Shown piece after piece: positions 46,551 to 63,965 of a DNA stretch of 64,000 nucleotides; position 1 is the first letter of the stretch, and every line of letters starts with the position of its first letter. The DNA is from the human T2T-CHM13v2.0 reference genome, Homo sapiens. Made by a program: the position numbers and the translations under genes. The stretch is from NCBI RefSeq assembly GCF_009914755.1, contig NC_060926.1. One strand, 5' to 3'. The notes below the pieces were generated by a model, which did no database searches, was not told the DNA's origin, and saw only the letters and a program-made list of their open reading frames with translations.

Positions 46551-47505
46551 GACCATTCAGTCTCTTCTAATTGGAATGATGCAACTTGTTCTCTGGAAGA
46601 GTAAGAAGTTACTTGCCCGGGGCACTGGGACTCCAGGAAAGCTAAGTCGTGGTTGGGTTACAGTGGAAGAAGGTTGGGGCCATGGGGAAGGAGGTGGGAA
46701 GAGACTGGGGTGGAGGGAGGATGATCAGAGTCCTGGAGACCAAGAAGATAAAGTGGCCTGAGTTGTGAGAAGTGACAGAGAGCTGTGAAGATCACTCTAT
46801 CTCACAAGTTTGTCAAGAGCTGGCCAGACAAATGCCTGTGTGGTGAAGACCTCAGTCTATCAGTCTGTGTGGCCCTGGAGAACACCTCACCGCCTCAAGT
46901 CCATTGTACTAACTGCTTGTCTGCTTGTCCACCAGAGGGAGGCAAGGGGAAGGAGAGAAAGGAATCTTAAAAGCCCAGCTGGTTCTTTGTTGGCAGCTCT
47001 GGTCAAGGTTTGCTGTGAGGGAAGCTGAAGTTTCCGATGAGATGAGAGTGCCTTTCACACAAGCTCCTAGGTCTCAGCTGTGTTTTCCTTGAACCCATTA
47101 CCTCAGTAGAGAGGACCCTTCCAAAAGGCTGTGTGTTCTTAAGAGAGTCATACTTCATGGCCTCTCAGAGGGGCTAGGACAATTTTCACATCTGGCTAAA
47201 AGCTATGCTAGCCCCTAGCAACCCCAAAGCCCAGGTTCACAGACACAGAACACAGAGGGTGCGAGTGGAGAGTGGTGGCCATCACCCAGGTGATTTAGCC
47301 ACATGGCTGGCCGCTCCACAGCATCGTTTGCTCTGCCAGGTCTCATAAAGCATTGTGTGCAGAACTGGGAGGAGATATTAAAAAAAAAAAAATCATTCAT
47401 TTTGCCCTTAGGAAATTTTTCAAGTAATTCCAGAGCTATTGAGCCAAGGGCCAAAAGGAGCCTAGTGTGATAGAGGGGAAAGAATACCACAAATGGAAAT
47501 GTATT

Positions 47506-47808
47506 TTTTTTTTAAATAGAGACAGGGTCTTGCTCTGTTGCCCAGGCTGGAGTGCAATGGCACAATCATAGCTCACTGCAGCCTCGAACTCCTGGGTTCA
47601 ACTCATCCTCCTGCCTCATTCTCCTGAGTATCTAGGATTATAGGTATGTGCCACTGTACCCAGCTAATTTTTTTTTTTAATAGAGATGGTGGTGCGAGGG
47701 GTATCCCTATGTTGCTCAGGCTGGTCTTGAATTTCTGGCCTCAAGCAATCCTTCCGCCTCAGCCTCCCAAAGTGCTGGGATTACAGACATGAGCCACTGG
47801 GCTCGGTC
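47506..47808 (-). mobile_element. AluJ SINE
   Basis: 'cacaatcatagctcactgcagcctcgaactcc'; TSD tggaaat(g/a)tatt. Confidence 0.94.
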
Positions 47809-48016
47809 TGGAAATATATTATATTCCTTGGTCTGTCATTAATTAGCAGTGTGACTTAGGGGCAGTTATTGCAATTCTTTGGTCTCCTCATTCTCATCAG
47901 GGATAAATTTAAGTTGATGGACTAGGTGATTTTAATGTTCTCCTCCATTTCTAGAATTCTGAGATTGCAATTCCCATATGAGGAAGTGACTATGCCACAG
48001 AGGAAGATTCTTTCAT

Positions 48017-48205
48017 TAGGGTTGTCAGATTTGTCAAATGAAATTATAAGACAACCAGTTTAATTGGATTTGAGGAAGACAGTAATTTTTTTAGTGTAAG
48101 TATATCCCATGCAATATTAGGGATATGCTTACACTACAAGATGATTTGTTGTTTATGTGAGATCCAAATTTAACTGAGCATTCTGTATTTTTTCTGGCAA
48201 CCCCT
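48017..48205. mobile_element. MER53 palindromic MITE
   Basis: TIRs AGGGTTGTCAGA...TCTGGCAACCC; central hairpin TAGTGTAAGTATATCCC...GGGATATGCTTACACTA. Confidence 0.88.
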
Positions 48206-49299
48206 GCCTTCCACCAAACATGTCTGCCCTACAGACAATGGAAGTTCTGGGGAGGGCATTTCTGCCTGTCTCTATCTTCTCACTGGCATGTCCTGATAGA
48301 AAGAGCTGACTAATCTGGTTGGCCAGAATTTATAACATTCCTTGGCCACATTTGACTGACAGGGAGAACTGTGTCTAAGGCAAAGCACTTGGCTTACCCA
48401 TTGGGCTTTACTGCCTGGACACAGGAACCATGTGCTCTTTTTCCCCTCCCTCTGCCTTGGGAGAGCCCCCAGAACATGGCTACCCACGGGAAAGAGGTGG
48501 GAACTTCTCCCTTTGTCCTGCCCCTGCGGCCCTCATTCATTCCAATGGCCAAGTGAATGGACTTGCAGTTAGCTCTGCACGCCCATTGATCATAGGCATT
48601 CCGGAGCTCTTAGGTCCCAAGGTAGAGATTTGGAATGGGAGCAGAGGTCCCACTTGTCCTAATGTTTAATCTTTTATTCTGTAATCTAGCTTATACTAGT
48701 GAACGCTGAATTTGGAGGCTTGTAGGATGTTTGCTGGCCTAGTAATAAACTGACTTTTGGTTCCCACTGGGCTGGTGGATTTCCGTGTTTTCCTGTTTGA
48801 CCTAGAAGGGAGGAGCTTTGATAACTAGGTCCCAAGCCTCTTGCATTATTGCTTTCTCTACAAGTCAGACTCATTGGCCCATCTTGATTCAGCCTCACTG
48901 ATTGTAAAAAAAGAAAAGAAAAAGTGGTGGCATGTGAAATCATTAGAATGACTAGAATAGGAGGACGGGATCAACTATAGGTCATCTTGGGATGACGTCT
49001 TACTTACTTTTAGGAATGATCTTGGAACTTTATGTTGTAAATAACTGCCTGCTATAAGAAAAACGATGGGGAGAGCCTTAGTCTTGTTATGCAGCATTTC
49101 CAGTTACAGAGTTTAACAATGAGATGCTTATCAGAAGATACTGCTGGAGATCTTTTGCCAGCGGATGCTATCATCATAGTTACTGGGATTTTCATAGCTC
49201 AGGCTGGACCTTTGCTACACACAGCATTGTAACTCCATGCCTCCTGTACTTGGCTTTCCTAAACTCAGAACTGATTATGACACAACACTGCCAAAAAGC

Positions 49300-50151
<852 letters not shown>

Positions 50152-50934
50152 GACCTCAGAATATGGTCCAGATATCTCATATTTAAGTTGTTTTAATTAG
50201 GTGGTGTGTGTGAATTGTCAGATAAAATAAAGCTTCAGGGTGGAAATGATCGAATTGAAATATTAGTGTAGGAACATACTGCGGCTCATAAAAAACAAAT
50301 AGATACTGTAATTTAAGAGTGGAATATTAAATCTTTATCTCAAAGCACAAATCAGAATAGTGCCACAGCATGAAACACTTGTAATAGGCTAACATTAGCA
50401 TTTAGTATTAGCACGCAGTAATCCTTCCTTCTTTGGGGTAGAGAATGCCTTTTTGGTATCAAACAACATCTCATCAACATATGCATTATGATTTACGGGA
50501 GGGATTTTTTTTCCTTGTTATGTAAAATTCATCGGATCAGCAAAATATCTCTGTTGGCAAGTACTTTGTGAGAGGCTGTGAGACTGATCACAGGGATAAA
50601 AAGTATTTATTTGGTACTTTCCCTAAATGAAATCTGGAGTGATAGCTCTTCTAACATTTTATTTCCTTCAATATACATTGGGCATAAATTCAGCTCTCAA
50701 AGTCTAAGGACCTTAAGGGGAAAACCACAAAGCTAGAAGCACTCTAGTGAAGGAGCACTGGGCTTGGAGTCAAGATTTTAGTCCCTATTTTGTTACTAAC
50801 CAGCTATGTGATCCCGAGGAAGTCCCATAACCTCTGAGGGCCTCAGGTTTCCCCATCTTTATATCGAGTGTTGTACTATATGATCTCTGAAGGTGTTTCT
50901 CTGCTCCATCACTTTGATTCCACATGCTCGTCTG

Positions 50935-53255
<2,321 letters not shown>

Positions 53256-53267
53256 TATCCTTTCTAG

Positions 53268-53538
53268 AGCAGTGTTTCTCAAACTTCAATGTGCATTTGA
53301 ATCTCCTGGGGCTCCTGTTAAAATATAGCTTCTGAGATGATGCATTTCTAACAGACTCCCAGGGCTGACACTGCCCATCTGGGGACCACACTTTGAGAAT
53401 CAAATATCTAGAACAATGGTTCTTACCTGGCTGTGCATTGGGATCATTTATAGTGCTTTTGGAAAATACATTGTGTCCAGGTCCCACCCAGTTCTCAGTA
53501 GGCTTGGAATGGGGTCCTACACTTTTTTTTTTTAACTC
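53268..53538. mobile_element. Two adjacent MER5-family fossils
   Basis: 'cagtgtttctcaaactt...ggggaccacactttgagaa' and 'caatggttctta-cctggctgtgcattgg'. Confidence 0.75.
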
Positions 53539-53539
53539 C

Positions 53540-54160
53540 ACAGTTTGGGAAAGAAGCCTTTTCATATATTGTTGGTGGGAATACAAATTGATACAGCCAT
53601 TTTTGAGCTTGATTTGGCAATATCTTCCTTGGAGAAATCAAAAGCCAGTTGGCAAGCCAGTCTGGAAAAGGCAGTTTACTGATTCCCACCCGAGGGTCAC
53701 AAAGCAGGTATAGAAGGATGGGCTTTGGCTGAAATATATGATGGGTACAGGTATATTCTCTATAATCCAGTATTTCCACTGCTGAAAACGTATCCTAGTA
53801 ACATTATACATATCAAGCCTACATATAAAGTTGGTCAATTCCATATTATTTGTAGTAGGGGAAAACTGAAAGCAGTCTACATGCCCATCAATAGATTATT
53901 CAAATTATGGAACAGTTTTCCAATGACAAAACAATAGCTAATCTTAGTTAAGCAATTATTATGTTATGTAAGGTAGACATTGTTCTACCTTATTTATAAG
54001 TATTAAGTTAGTTTTTATAACTATCATATTTCCATTTTACAAATGACATAATTTATATTATTGACATGGGAAGATGTCCAAGGATATAATAAGCAAAAAG
54101 CAAGTAGCAAAACATTATGTATATTATGCATTACCATTATAATATACTAAAAAGTAATGC
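53540..54160 (+). mobile_element. Ancient L1ME fragment (the only clear plus-strand L1)
   Basis: 'gttggtgggaatacaaattgatacagccattttt...gatttggcaatatc', 'tataatccagtatttccactgctg'. Confidence 0.65.
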
Positions 54161-54228
54161 ACTTGATTCTGATGCACACTCCCCAGTAGGTAACAACTTA
54201 TCTAGTGTAAAAATGAAAGAACATTCTG

Positions 54229-54540
54229 GGCCGGGCACGGTGGCTCATGCCTGTAATCCCAGCACTTTGGGAGGCCCAGGCGGGCGGATCACAAGGTCAG
54301 GAAATCGAGACCATCCTGGCTAACATGGTGAAACCCCGTCTCTACTAAAAATACAAAAAAAAAATTAGCTGGGCGTGGTGGCCGGCGCCTGTAGTCGCAG
54401 CTACTCGGGAGGCTGAGGCAGGAGAATGGCGTGAACCCGGGAGGCGGAGCTTTCAGTGAGCGGAGATAGCGCCATTGCACTCCAGCCTGGGCGACAGAGC
54501 GAGACTCTGCCTCAACAAAAAAAAAAAAAAAAAAAAAAAA
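54229..54540 (+). mobile_element. AluY SINE
   Basis: 'ccatcctggctaac', 'gagaatggcgtgaacccgggaggcggagctt'; long pure A tail; TSD AAAGAACATTCTG (54216-54228, 54540-54552). Confidence 0.96.
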
Positions 54541-54879
54541 AAGAACATTCTGTTACCTCAAACACGCTGTTTTCATGCAATTTAGTTAACTGGTAGCACT
54601 TTCAGAAGAAGACAAAGTAAAAATGGTTAGGTCAATTTGGTGGCATAGAGTATTCTATCGATCAGTGGTCAAAAGAGTAGTCATTCTGAGTGATCTCTAA
54701 CATTAGGGTTGATGGAAGAGATGACCCATAGATGTCCCTACATCTCATTTCTCTTAGGACACACACTTGGGAGAAATCGTCCAGTGCACTTTGTCCAGGC
54801 CTTTTACTTGTACCAACTACTTTGCTTTATGCTGTTTTCACTTTAGTGGTTCTGCCTTCTAGTCCACAGAAAAGTTTTT

Positions 54880-57400
54880 TCTTAACGTATTTTTTTCCCA
54901 ACACTTTATTATGGGAATTTTCAAACATACAGAAAAGATAAAAGAAATTTACAGAGAATACTCGTGTCTCTATCAGCTAGATTCTACAGTTAACATTTTA
55001 CTATAGTAGTTTTATTGCATATCTGTTTATCTCCCTGTGCATCCATGGATCCAATTCATCTTTAGGATGCATTTCAAAGCAAGTTGCTGACGTCAGTACA
55101 CTTCCCTCTCAATACTTTAGTATGTGGATCAATAACCCTAGCTTAAGATTTGTTGATTGTTTTTCTTTCCTTTTGAAGTAAAATTTACATACAAGGAAAT
55201 GCACACATCTTAAGTGGACCATTTGATGAGTTTTGAGTAATGCCCACATTGTGTAACTCAAACGTCTATCAAGAAAGAACATTACCATACCTGAGAGTAT
55301 CCTCATGCTCCTCCCCTGGGGTACTCCCTGCCTCTCCACACCAATCCCCCCAGGTAACAACTGTTCTGATATCCCCCTCACCATATATACCTGCTCTAGA
55401 ACATCATATAAATGGAATGATACAATATGTCTTTTGTATAAGCTTTATTCCACTCAGCATAATGTTTTTGCCATTCACCCATATTATTGATCATATTAGT
55501 ACCTTGCTCCTTCTTATTACTGAGTAGTATTAGATAGTATAAACATAGCGTAGTCTATTTTCCTATTTTGATGGATATGTGGGCTTGTTCTGATTTTTGC
55601 TTATTATGAATAAAACTTCTGAGTATTCTTGTACAAGTATTTTTTGGACATACATTTTCATTTCTCTTGGCAAAATACCTAGGAATGGAATTGCTGGGTC
55701 ATAGGGTATACTTTTAGTTTTGTAAGAAGCTGTCAGATCTCTTCCCAAAGTGGTTGTAACATTTTACACTCCTACTAACAGTGCATGGGAAGCCAGTTTC
55801 TCTATATCCTCTCCAACATTTGGTGCTGTCAATCTTTTAAAATTTTAGCCATTTTTGTGGTTGTATAGTGTTATCTCATTGCAGTTTTAATTTGCCGATC
55901 CCTGAATGTGTGTAGGTGTGTATATGTATTATATAATATATATATTATTCTTTCACTTATTTTGAAGTAATTTCAAAGTTTCCAGAATAATATCAAGAAC
56001 TCCTGTACTCCCTTCGCCAGATTCTCCAATTGTAATGTTTTATTGCATATGCTCCATTGCCCATTCTCTCTCTACTTATAGCTGCATTAGTGTTTTTCTG
56101 AACCTTTAGAGATGAAGGTGAAAAAAGATGCGATATCACCACCCTCCCGTTCTAGTATGCATTTTCCCCAAATAAAGACATTTTCCTACAGAATCAGCAT
56201 ATGATCCTTCATATCAGGTTATCAACAGTGGTATAACACTGTCCAGTCCACAGACCCCATTTGCCAATGAGCCCCCAAATCTCTGCTTTTTCTTTGTGTT
56301 CCAGGATATTATCCATGAGCCTGTGTTTCATGTAATTGTCATGTTTCTTCGGATTCCTTCAAACTGCTACAGCTTCTGTGTCTATCCCTGTCTTCCATGT
56401 GCTTGACAGCTTTGAAGAGTACAGGTCCTTCATTCAGTAGAATGACCACCAAGCCAGGTCCACCAGATGTTTCATCATGGTTTTAGTGAGGTTATAAATT
56501 CTGGGCAGTAATTCTACAGAAGTGCTGCTTTGTTTTTCTCAGTGCCTCACACCCAGTGGCACATATCATCACCACTGGTGATGCTAACCTCGATTGCTCA
56601 ACCACATTGTCTGCCAGCTCCTGCCTACTTAAATTCAACATTTTGCCTTTTGCAATTTATTTGTGTTTTGTGGGAACATATTTTCATTTCTGAAATTAGT
56701 CAATATCCTGTTCCTTATCAAACTTCCAACTCTGGTCTTAGCATCCATTGACTGAATCAACTGCCTTTGTGTAAGTTTCCACATGATGAGTGTCTATTTC
56801 CATCATTGGTTCTATTTTTATGAGCTGGTATTTTACTATAAGAAATAGCATATTATTTTCTATGCTTAAACCACTGCAAGTTTGACCCTTTCAAGCTGGT
56901 TTTTGTGTCCTTTTGACATATTCCCATTGTTCATTGAGCATTTCCTTATTTTCTGGCATAAGAAGATGTTCCAAGTGCAACTTGTATATTACCTGTTTCA
57001 GCCCTGGAATCAGACATTTTCCTAAGGATCCTTGGTTTCTTTGAATAAAGGATACTATTTAGAAGCCAAGATCTGGTTAATCAGTATGTTAATTGCTACT
57101 GGGGTATCATTGCTTTAGGCCCATTCAGTGGACAGAGCTAGGAAAAATACACATTTTTCATGTCTGTCTAGCTACATATGTATGTATTTATACATCTATA
57201 TGATTTTGATATCAATCTCTATGTATGTTATATATACATATAATAAAAGCATAAGTCCATACTAATACCCTGTTTCAATCCAGCCCCTCAGGATTATTTT
57301 CTAGATTTCCCCCTTTTGGTATTTATAAATACCTATTTCAGTAATGAGGGTTTGGCTCCTTTTATGTTCAATATAGTTACTTATTTACTTAATCTCCCAA
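54880..57400 (-). mobile_element. Cluster of ancient L1M (L1MC/L1ME) 3' fragments
   Basis: PYDPAIPFLGILPREMK (55563..55748 -); 'aatggaatgatacaatatgt'; 'cagccctggaatcagacattttcctaagga...agaagccaagatctgg'. Confidence 0.75.
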
Positions 57401-58899
57401 CTACATTGCTGTCTCTTCTGCCCACCACCTCCACATCTTATCTCCTTCCTGACCTAGGTCTCACTGGCTCCTGCCCTGCATCCTTGGTTTTTGGGCTGCC
57501 TGTCCGTGCCTCTTCACAGCTCTCTAACCGCCTCCCCTCCTTGTGATTTTAGCTACTGTGCTGACTTTTCCACACTGGGAAGGAAAATGAAGGGACAATG
57601 TAGCAGGTTTCAGTGGTGAAACAAACAAACAAAAAATTGAACAAACCCAACCCTTCATTTCCATTTGCAGTAGTTCTATTTCCCAGCTCTCATTCTTGAA
57701 TTTTTTTTTTTTTTACAAAGAAAAGCACTCAGTGTTTTAAAAAAAACGAAAAACAAGAAAAATGGGAAAGATCAAGTGTAGCGAGTTACAATTTTATTTA
57801 AGATCCCCAATAAAAAGGCTTTTTAAAAAGGTTATCAGAATTATAACCTGTTCCTGCTGTGCAATCAGCTCAACCCCATCACAACTCTGCCCAGCAGGAG
57901 CTAATGCTACACTCTTTCAAGTGAACATGCTTATGGCCTGCAAAGGGGTTAATTAACAATAAGGAGTTGTAGCAGAAGTCTCCATCTGCACAAGTGTTGG
58001 CTGTCCTTTGATGGGCACAGTGGGCGAGGATCCCAGCCACCCGCACCAGTCCTCTGACCTTGGTGTTCACAAGGTCTCAGCTGTTGCAAGCCTGCAGGCA
58101 CCGATGTCAGGTTTTCAGCACAAACTGGAGCTTCATGGGGGCTTTCTCATCAGAGCCTTTGCCTATTGCCTTTGGGGAGAAGCACTGCAATCATTAGTTT
58201 CAAATTCCTTAAATCAGAGAAATGATCTTGCTTTCGGAAACAATCTGATAGCCCTTCCTGGAAACTGGGGATGGTAGACACACCTTGAGAGCACCAGGCA
58301 GCTCTTTCATTTCTTGCTTGGCATTGACTCACTCCTCTCACTGCATTCCCTGCACTAACCAGAAGCACAGATTCTTGGCTTAGCATAGATGAGATTGCAC
58401 AGAACGGGGGCACCCTTGGGGTCTGCCTTTGTCTCTGGTCACACACTCCCCACTCACCAGGGAATCCACTTAAGCATCTTTGAAATAAGCCTCATTTGCA
58501 GGTGTACGGTGGCCCATGACCTATGATAGGGAAGGAAAATTTGCCTCAATACATGTGCTAGCTCTGATTGTGAGTGGAAGCCTGGGAGAGCTGTGTGGGA
58601 AAGGACTTTGAAGCCTCATCTGGGCATGATAGAGAAGAGTGCTGCAATTGATTAGTGGTATCTGCCATGAGCATGGAAGGGAGGATTGGGACAATGTACA
58701 ACACATTTGCCATCCCTATCCTAGGATTTAACTCCGTCTTCCAGCAGAAGATTACTAAGGCAGTTTTGCCTGAGATATTTGGTAATCATCTTAATTTCAA
58801 GGCTGTCTGGTGATATCTCATGTTCGTTATACTTATTTATATCACTAAGATTTTGGCACTTGTGTGTTCCCTGACTAATGATAAGAAAAGAAAGTGAGA

Positions 58900-59530
58900 G
58901 AAATGAATATTTATTAAGCACCTACTAATTGTCAGTTATTCTTTTAGGAGCTTTAAAAAATGTATCTCATCAAATATTCAAAATAAACCTATAAAAATCA
59001 GAATATTACTCCTCTTTTTAATAAAGAAATGAAGGCTCAGAGAAGTAAAATATTTGCTTAAACCATAATAGAAAATTTCAAATCCAAGGATAATGCTCAT
59101 TCTGATATACTTGGGCAGTGGGTCTCAATCCTGGGAAGATTAAAAAAATTTTTTTAAAGTATAAATGACTGCATCTCATCATAGATAATTACATCAGAAT
59201 CTCCAGGAAAGGGAAGCTTAGGCATAAGAATGATGTTAAAAATTCCCCAGTTGATTCTTACCTGCAGCCAGGTGCAAGAACCACACACCAAGGGGGTGTG
59301 GAGCAAGATAATTCACCTTTATACAATGCCTACTCTGAGCCTAGCTTTTTCTTTCCCCCGCCTATATTCTATCTGATTTAATTTTTACACAATTCCTTAA
59401 AGCTTCATTTTTCCTATGAGGGAAAGCTGAGGCTCAGAAAACCTCAGTATGTTTCTGAAGATCATGCAGTAAAACTGGAATTTGAAGGCAAATCTGTATG
59501 GTTTCAAAGCACTTGCTCTTTCCACGTCTC
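58900..59530. mobile_element. MIR / MER5 / MIR remnants
   Basis: 'atttattaagcacctact', 'gaaatgaaggctcagagaagt', 'catcagaatctccagg...ttccccagttgattct', 'aagctgaggctcaga'. Confidence 0.65.
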
Positions 59531-60014
59531 CATGCTTCTTCCATTAGGTTTCTGAACCCAGGCTCCATCCTTAACCTTACTGTTGAGCAATTCTGGATCC
59601 CACCTGGCTTCCAAATCTGACCTGAACCTGTCATTCTAGCTTGGGCTGGAACCATCATTTGTAGTCTCAGCATTTAGTTTCGTGGGAGAAAAAATGTAAC
59701 AAGTGCTTCCTTAAGCTACTACCATTTATCCTGTGGAATTTGGGCAGCTCAGCATGAGGCTGTTTTCAGAGCTAGGGGTCCGGAACAAACGGTGTGACCT
59801 TGCCTCTGAAGAATGTCTATGTTTAGACCACAGGAGTTTGGAGTTTTTTCTTTGGTCCCCAGGCGGTTCAAAGCAGTACAAATGAGTTGTGGGGTCCAGA
59901 GTTCCTGATCCTGTGGGTTGTGGGCACCTGGGTTCCTGCTTTGGCCATCATGGTACCACACTGACTTTAGCTCCTATGGTCAGAATCGTGGGTGTCCATG
60001 AGATAACTAAGCAA

Positions 60015-60540
<526 letters not shown>

Positions 60541-63097
60541 TTGATTTTCCTCAATCTTATCAAAGACTGGTTTCTATAAAGCCGATCCATTACCAAGTCA
60601 TTTATGCAAGTCAGAGTGGCCTAAGCAAGGCTGGTTTCAGGCAAAATTATTAACAAGGTCTCCAGTGGACTTTATTTTCAGTACCCCTAACCATGCTGCT
60701 TTCCTTTAGGGACAGCTGCTTCTCACTCCCTCCAATAAATCTTGCTGTCAGAAAAAGTTTGGAAACTCAGCCACTATCAGCTATAAATGACTAATAAAGC
60801 ATGATTACCCCCCTCCAAGAGCAATTACACTTTATTAAGGAGGACGCCTTGAAAGGTTTAGCATAAAGGAACACATTTGAAATGAATGGTAGTCATCAGG
60901 CAGTTTGAGGGAGGGTAGGGAGGGGTAAGGCAACATAACTTCCCAATGCTTCTGACATCACCTCATGTAGGGACATCTGGTCACATGTCCCCACTTTGGG
61001 GCCGCTGCCTGGTGGGAGGCTGCTTCTGTCCTAACTGAACACTGGTGGTCTCATGCAAAGTTGGAGCAGAGCCTAAGGAGGTTAGATCCCTGAGTTATTT
61101 GAGGTCTAAGTGCAATAAAAAATGGCTTGTTTGCTAAAATTAGAGCCCTGTAGGATTTCAATGGCCACCCTGGGTTTGACTGATAATCTGTTTTAATTTT
61201 CTTCTCAAAGATGACACCTCCAACAGGGCAGTCTCCACTAGGCCATTCCCGCTGCCAAAACAGGAGTCCGCGATCATTGGAGGGAAGTTTTCCTCAGAAC
61301 AAAGAGCTATGTTTGTTAGTGCAGGGCATAGACATTCCTTGAAAGGCTTTTTGTTCAAAACAGACAAGATCCCAGCCTGCCTTCCTTTAAGAGATGAAAA
61401 TATCACAGCCTGCGGTGGTTGAGGGCGCCACAGAAACCAAACTTCTTAGCCCTGAGTTGCAGGGATGGCATGTGTGTTTTATATATTATTTACTGAGAAA
61501 CCTGTCCAAACACTGCATTTTAGGAACTGCTAAGAAGCACTGATGAAAATGTGAGCACTGGAGGCACAAAAGAACCTTTGAAACTAGGACACACTTTCCT
61601 TAGAGCCTACTTGCACTCTATGGGTGAGGCAGTTTGCATGTGCCACCCTCTCCTCATTCCAAATCAATTTTTCAACTTGGTTTAGACTCTGGGAAGCAGT
61701 GAAATTGGGGCTTTCAAATGAGCCTCTCAGTCCAGATGTGTCCATAATAGAAGCCAGTGGGCAGTGGGGCATAATTAACAATCTCTCCTTCACTGAGACC
61801 ACAGAATGGCATTAATTTTGCCAGCTAGGCTTGATGTGAATTGGCTAGAATGTCTGAGTAGATTTCCAGCTGCTGCTCATGTAGCTCTGGCTTCCAGCAG
61901 TATTTGCATTCCAAATAAAACGAGGCCTGAAATAGATGTGTGATACATGTTCAAAGCTATTTTTAATCAATGATCACTTGGTTAGCCGTGAAAGATTATC
62001 AGCAGGTCACAATCCATTTTGAATTTTGCTGTGTCCTGCAGAACTGATCTAAACACGCAGCGACTTCAGCTTCCCTTGCAATCCTTGTGCTTTGTCAGCT
62101 CTTTGGGTGAGGGGTAGGAGGGGAGTTAGGTGGGCTGTGGCAGCACAGATGTGCCACAGTGACAAGTACTGGAGCTGGAGGGCCATTTACTCAGGGTAAG
62201 GCTGTGTTTAAGTTGGCCCTGCTTCCCCAGAGAAACCTTGTGGTGCAATCATAAGACTGAAAACTCTGTCCCCTGAATGTCCCTCCTGAAACTCACCACG
62301 TTACTGTCCCGCAAGCCAGAGAAATGTTTGTTTCTTGTTTGCTAACCCCTGTCTAGCTGTAGGGAAGCTGTGGGCAGTGTACATTTCTTCATAGACAGTG
62401 TCTTACTGGAAGCTTGAAATTTCTGTGGGGACTGTTGCCAATATCATTCTCTAGTTGTGTGTGTGTGTGTTTTTAAATAATAGCCCCTTACATTTCCTTA
62501 CCACACTTACTATTTCCAAGCAAATCTATAATCTCATTTGCAAAAGGTATTTACATAGTATGAATATTTAAATACTTATAATTGCATATTAATTTTGTTT
62601 AACAGAATATGCAAATATTATTTTCCCCTCCTTTATTTCTCCCTTTTCTTTTTCTATAATGTGTTTTTCTTTTTGATCCAAGTTTTCTGACATACTTTTG
62701 CACATGCATTGCCAACTTTATTTCAGTTGCACTAAAGAGTCTTGATCCTGAGAACCATTAGCTTTAAGGCTTTATCTTTCTATTGAAAAAATAATAACCC
62801 ACTGTCTTTTGCCCATAATATTAATTTAGCCCTCATTTTTATCCTTCCCAAATATTAATGTTTAGTTTCCAAAAGCTTTCTGCCGTGATTTATTTACAGC
62901 TTAGATGTGGCTTTGTCTTTTCTCAAAGAAGTTCTCATAAGCATTCTTTTCTGTGGTTAAATTTTATAAGGATCGATCTGTCTTTTCTGTCAAGAATACT
63001 TGATTGCTATGTAAATGAAACAAGAAGGTAGGAGCCCTGAGGTGAACATGGATCTCAGATACACTGTAAAAACACAAAACAAAACAAAAACCACAGG

Positions 63098-63207
63098 TTG
63101 GGCGACCAACTGTCTCAGTTGCTTGGGACTGTCCTGGTTTTAGTACTGAAAATCCCATATCTGGGGAAACCTCAGTGTCAAACCAACTGGAATGGTTGAT
63201 TACCCTA
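63098..63207. mobile_element. MER81 hAT-Blackjack MITE
   Basis: GGGCGACCAACTGTC...GGGACTGTCCTGGTTTTAGTACTGAAA...TGGTTGATTACCCTA; homologous to 22715-22822. Confidence 0.85.
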
Positions 63208-63665
63208 GCTCTTGGGGTGACCTCCATTGGGGTAACCTCCACAAGAAAGACAGAAGATGCAACTGACCAAGAGGCAAAGAGGAGATGCCTCCACTTTCTC
63301 TGGTTAAATCCTAAGGTGATTAAACAGCATCTACTACTTACTTCCCTGGTTTGTGCAGGGACTAGTTTGCTATCATTTCTTCCATTGTTTTTTCTAACCT
63401 CACCTCTCCTTTTATTTTATTTTCTTCACAATTTATCCCCATCATTTAGAAATCCTGCCTCTGTGTTTTGACCACAGCCGGCAGAACAGATCCCTAGAGG
63501 TAAACAAAGGAGAGTTTAGTAAGAAATTTCAATTTAGGGTAGAGGGAGTTGGAGATGGGAAACTGGGGAGGGGGTGGGGTAATGCATACACTGAATACAG
63601 GAAACCTCAGATCTATGCTTATTTTAGTCAATAACGTATGTGCTACATTCCACATTCTTACAAAC

Positions 63666-63965
63666 TTTTTTTTTTTTTTTTTTGAGACAGAGTCTCCCTC
63701 TGTCACCCAGGCTGGAGTGCAGTGGCATGATCTCGGCTCACTGCAACTTCTGTCTCCCAGGATCAAGGAATTCTCGTGCCTCAGCCTCTTGAGTAGCTGG
63801 GATTACAGGCACCCACCACCATGCCTGGCTAATTTTGGTATTTTTCATAGAGATGGGGTTTTGCCATGTTGGCCAGGCTGGTCTCGAATTCCTGACCTCA
63901 AGTGATCCGCCCGCCTCGGCTTCGCAAAGTGTTGGGATTACAGGCGTGAGCCACTGTTCCCATCC
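63666..63965 (-). mobile_element. Alu SINE (Sx/Jb-like)
   Basis: poly-T, full reverse dimer. Confidence 0.95.

Noticed and set aside
60998-61016. CTCF-like motifs (also ~3650 and ~61415)
   Set aside because: Only partial matches to the core consensus; cannot be supported without a PWM scan or ChIP data
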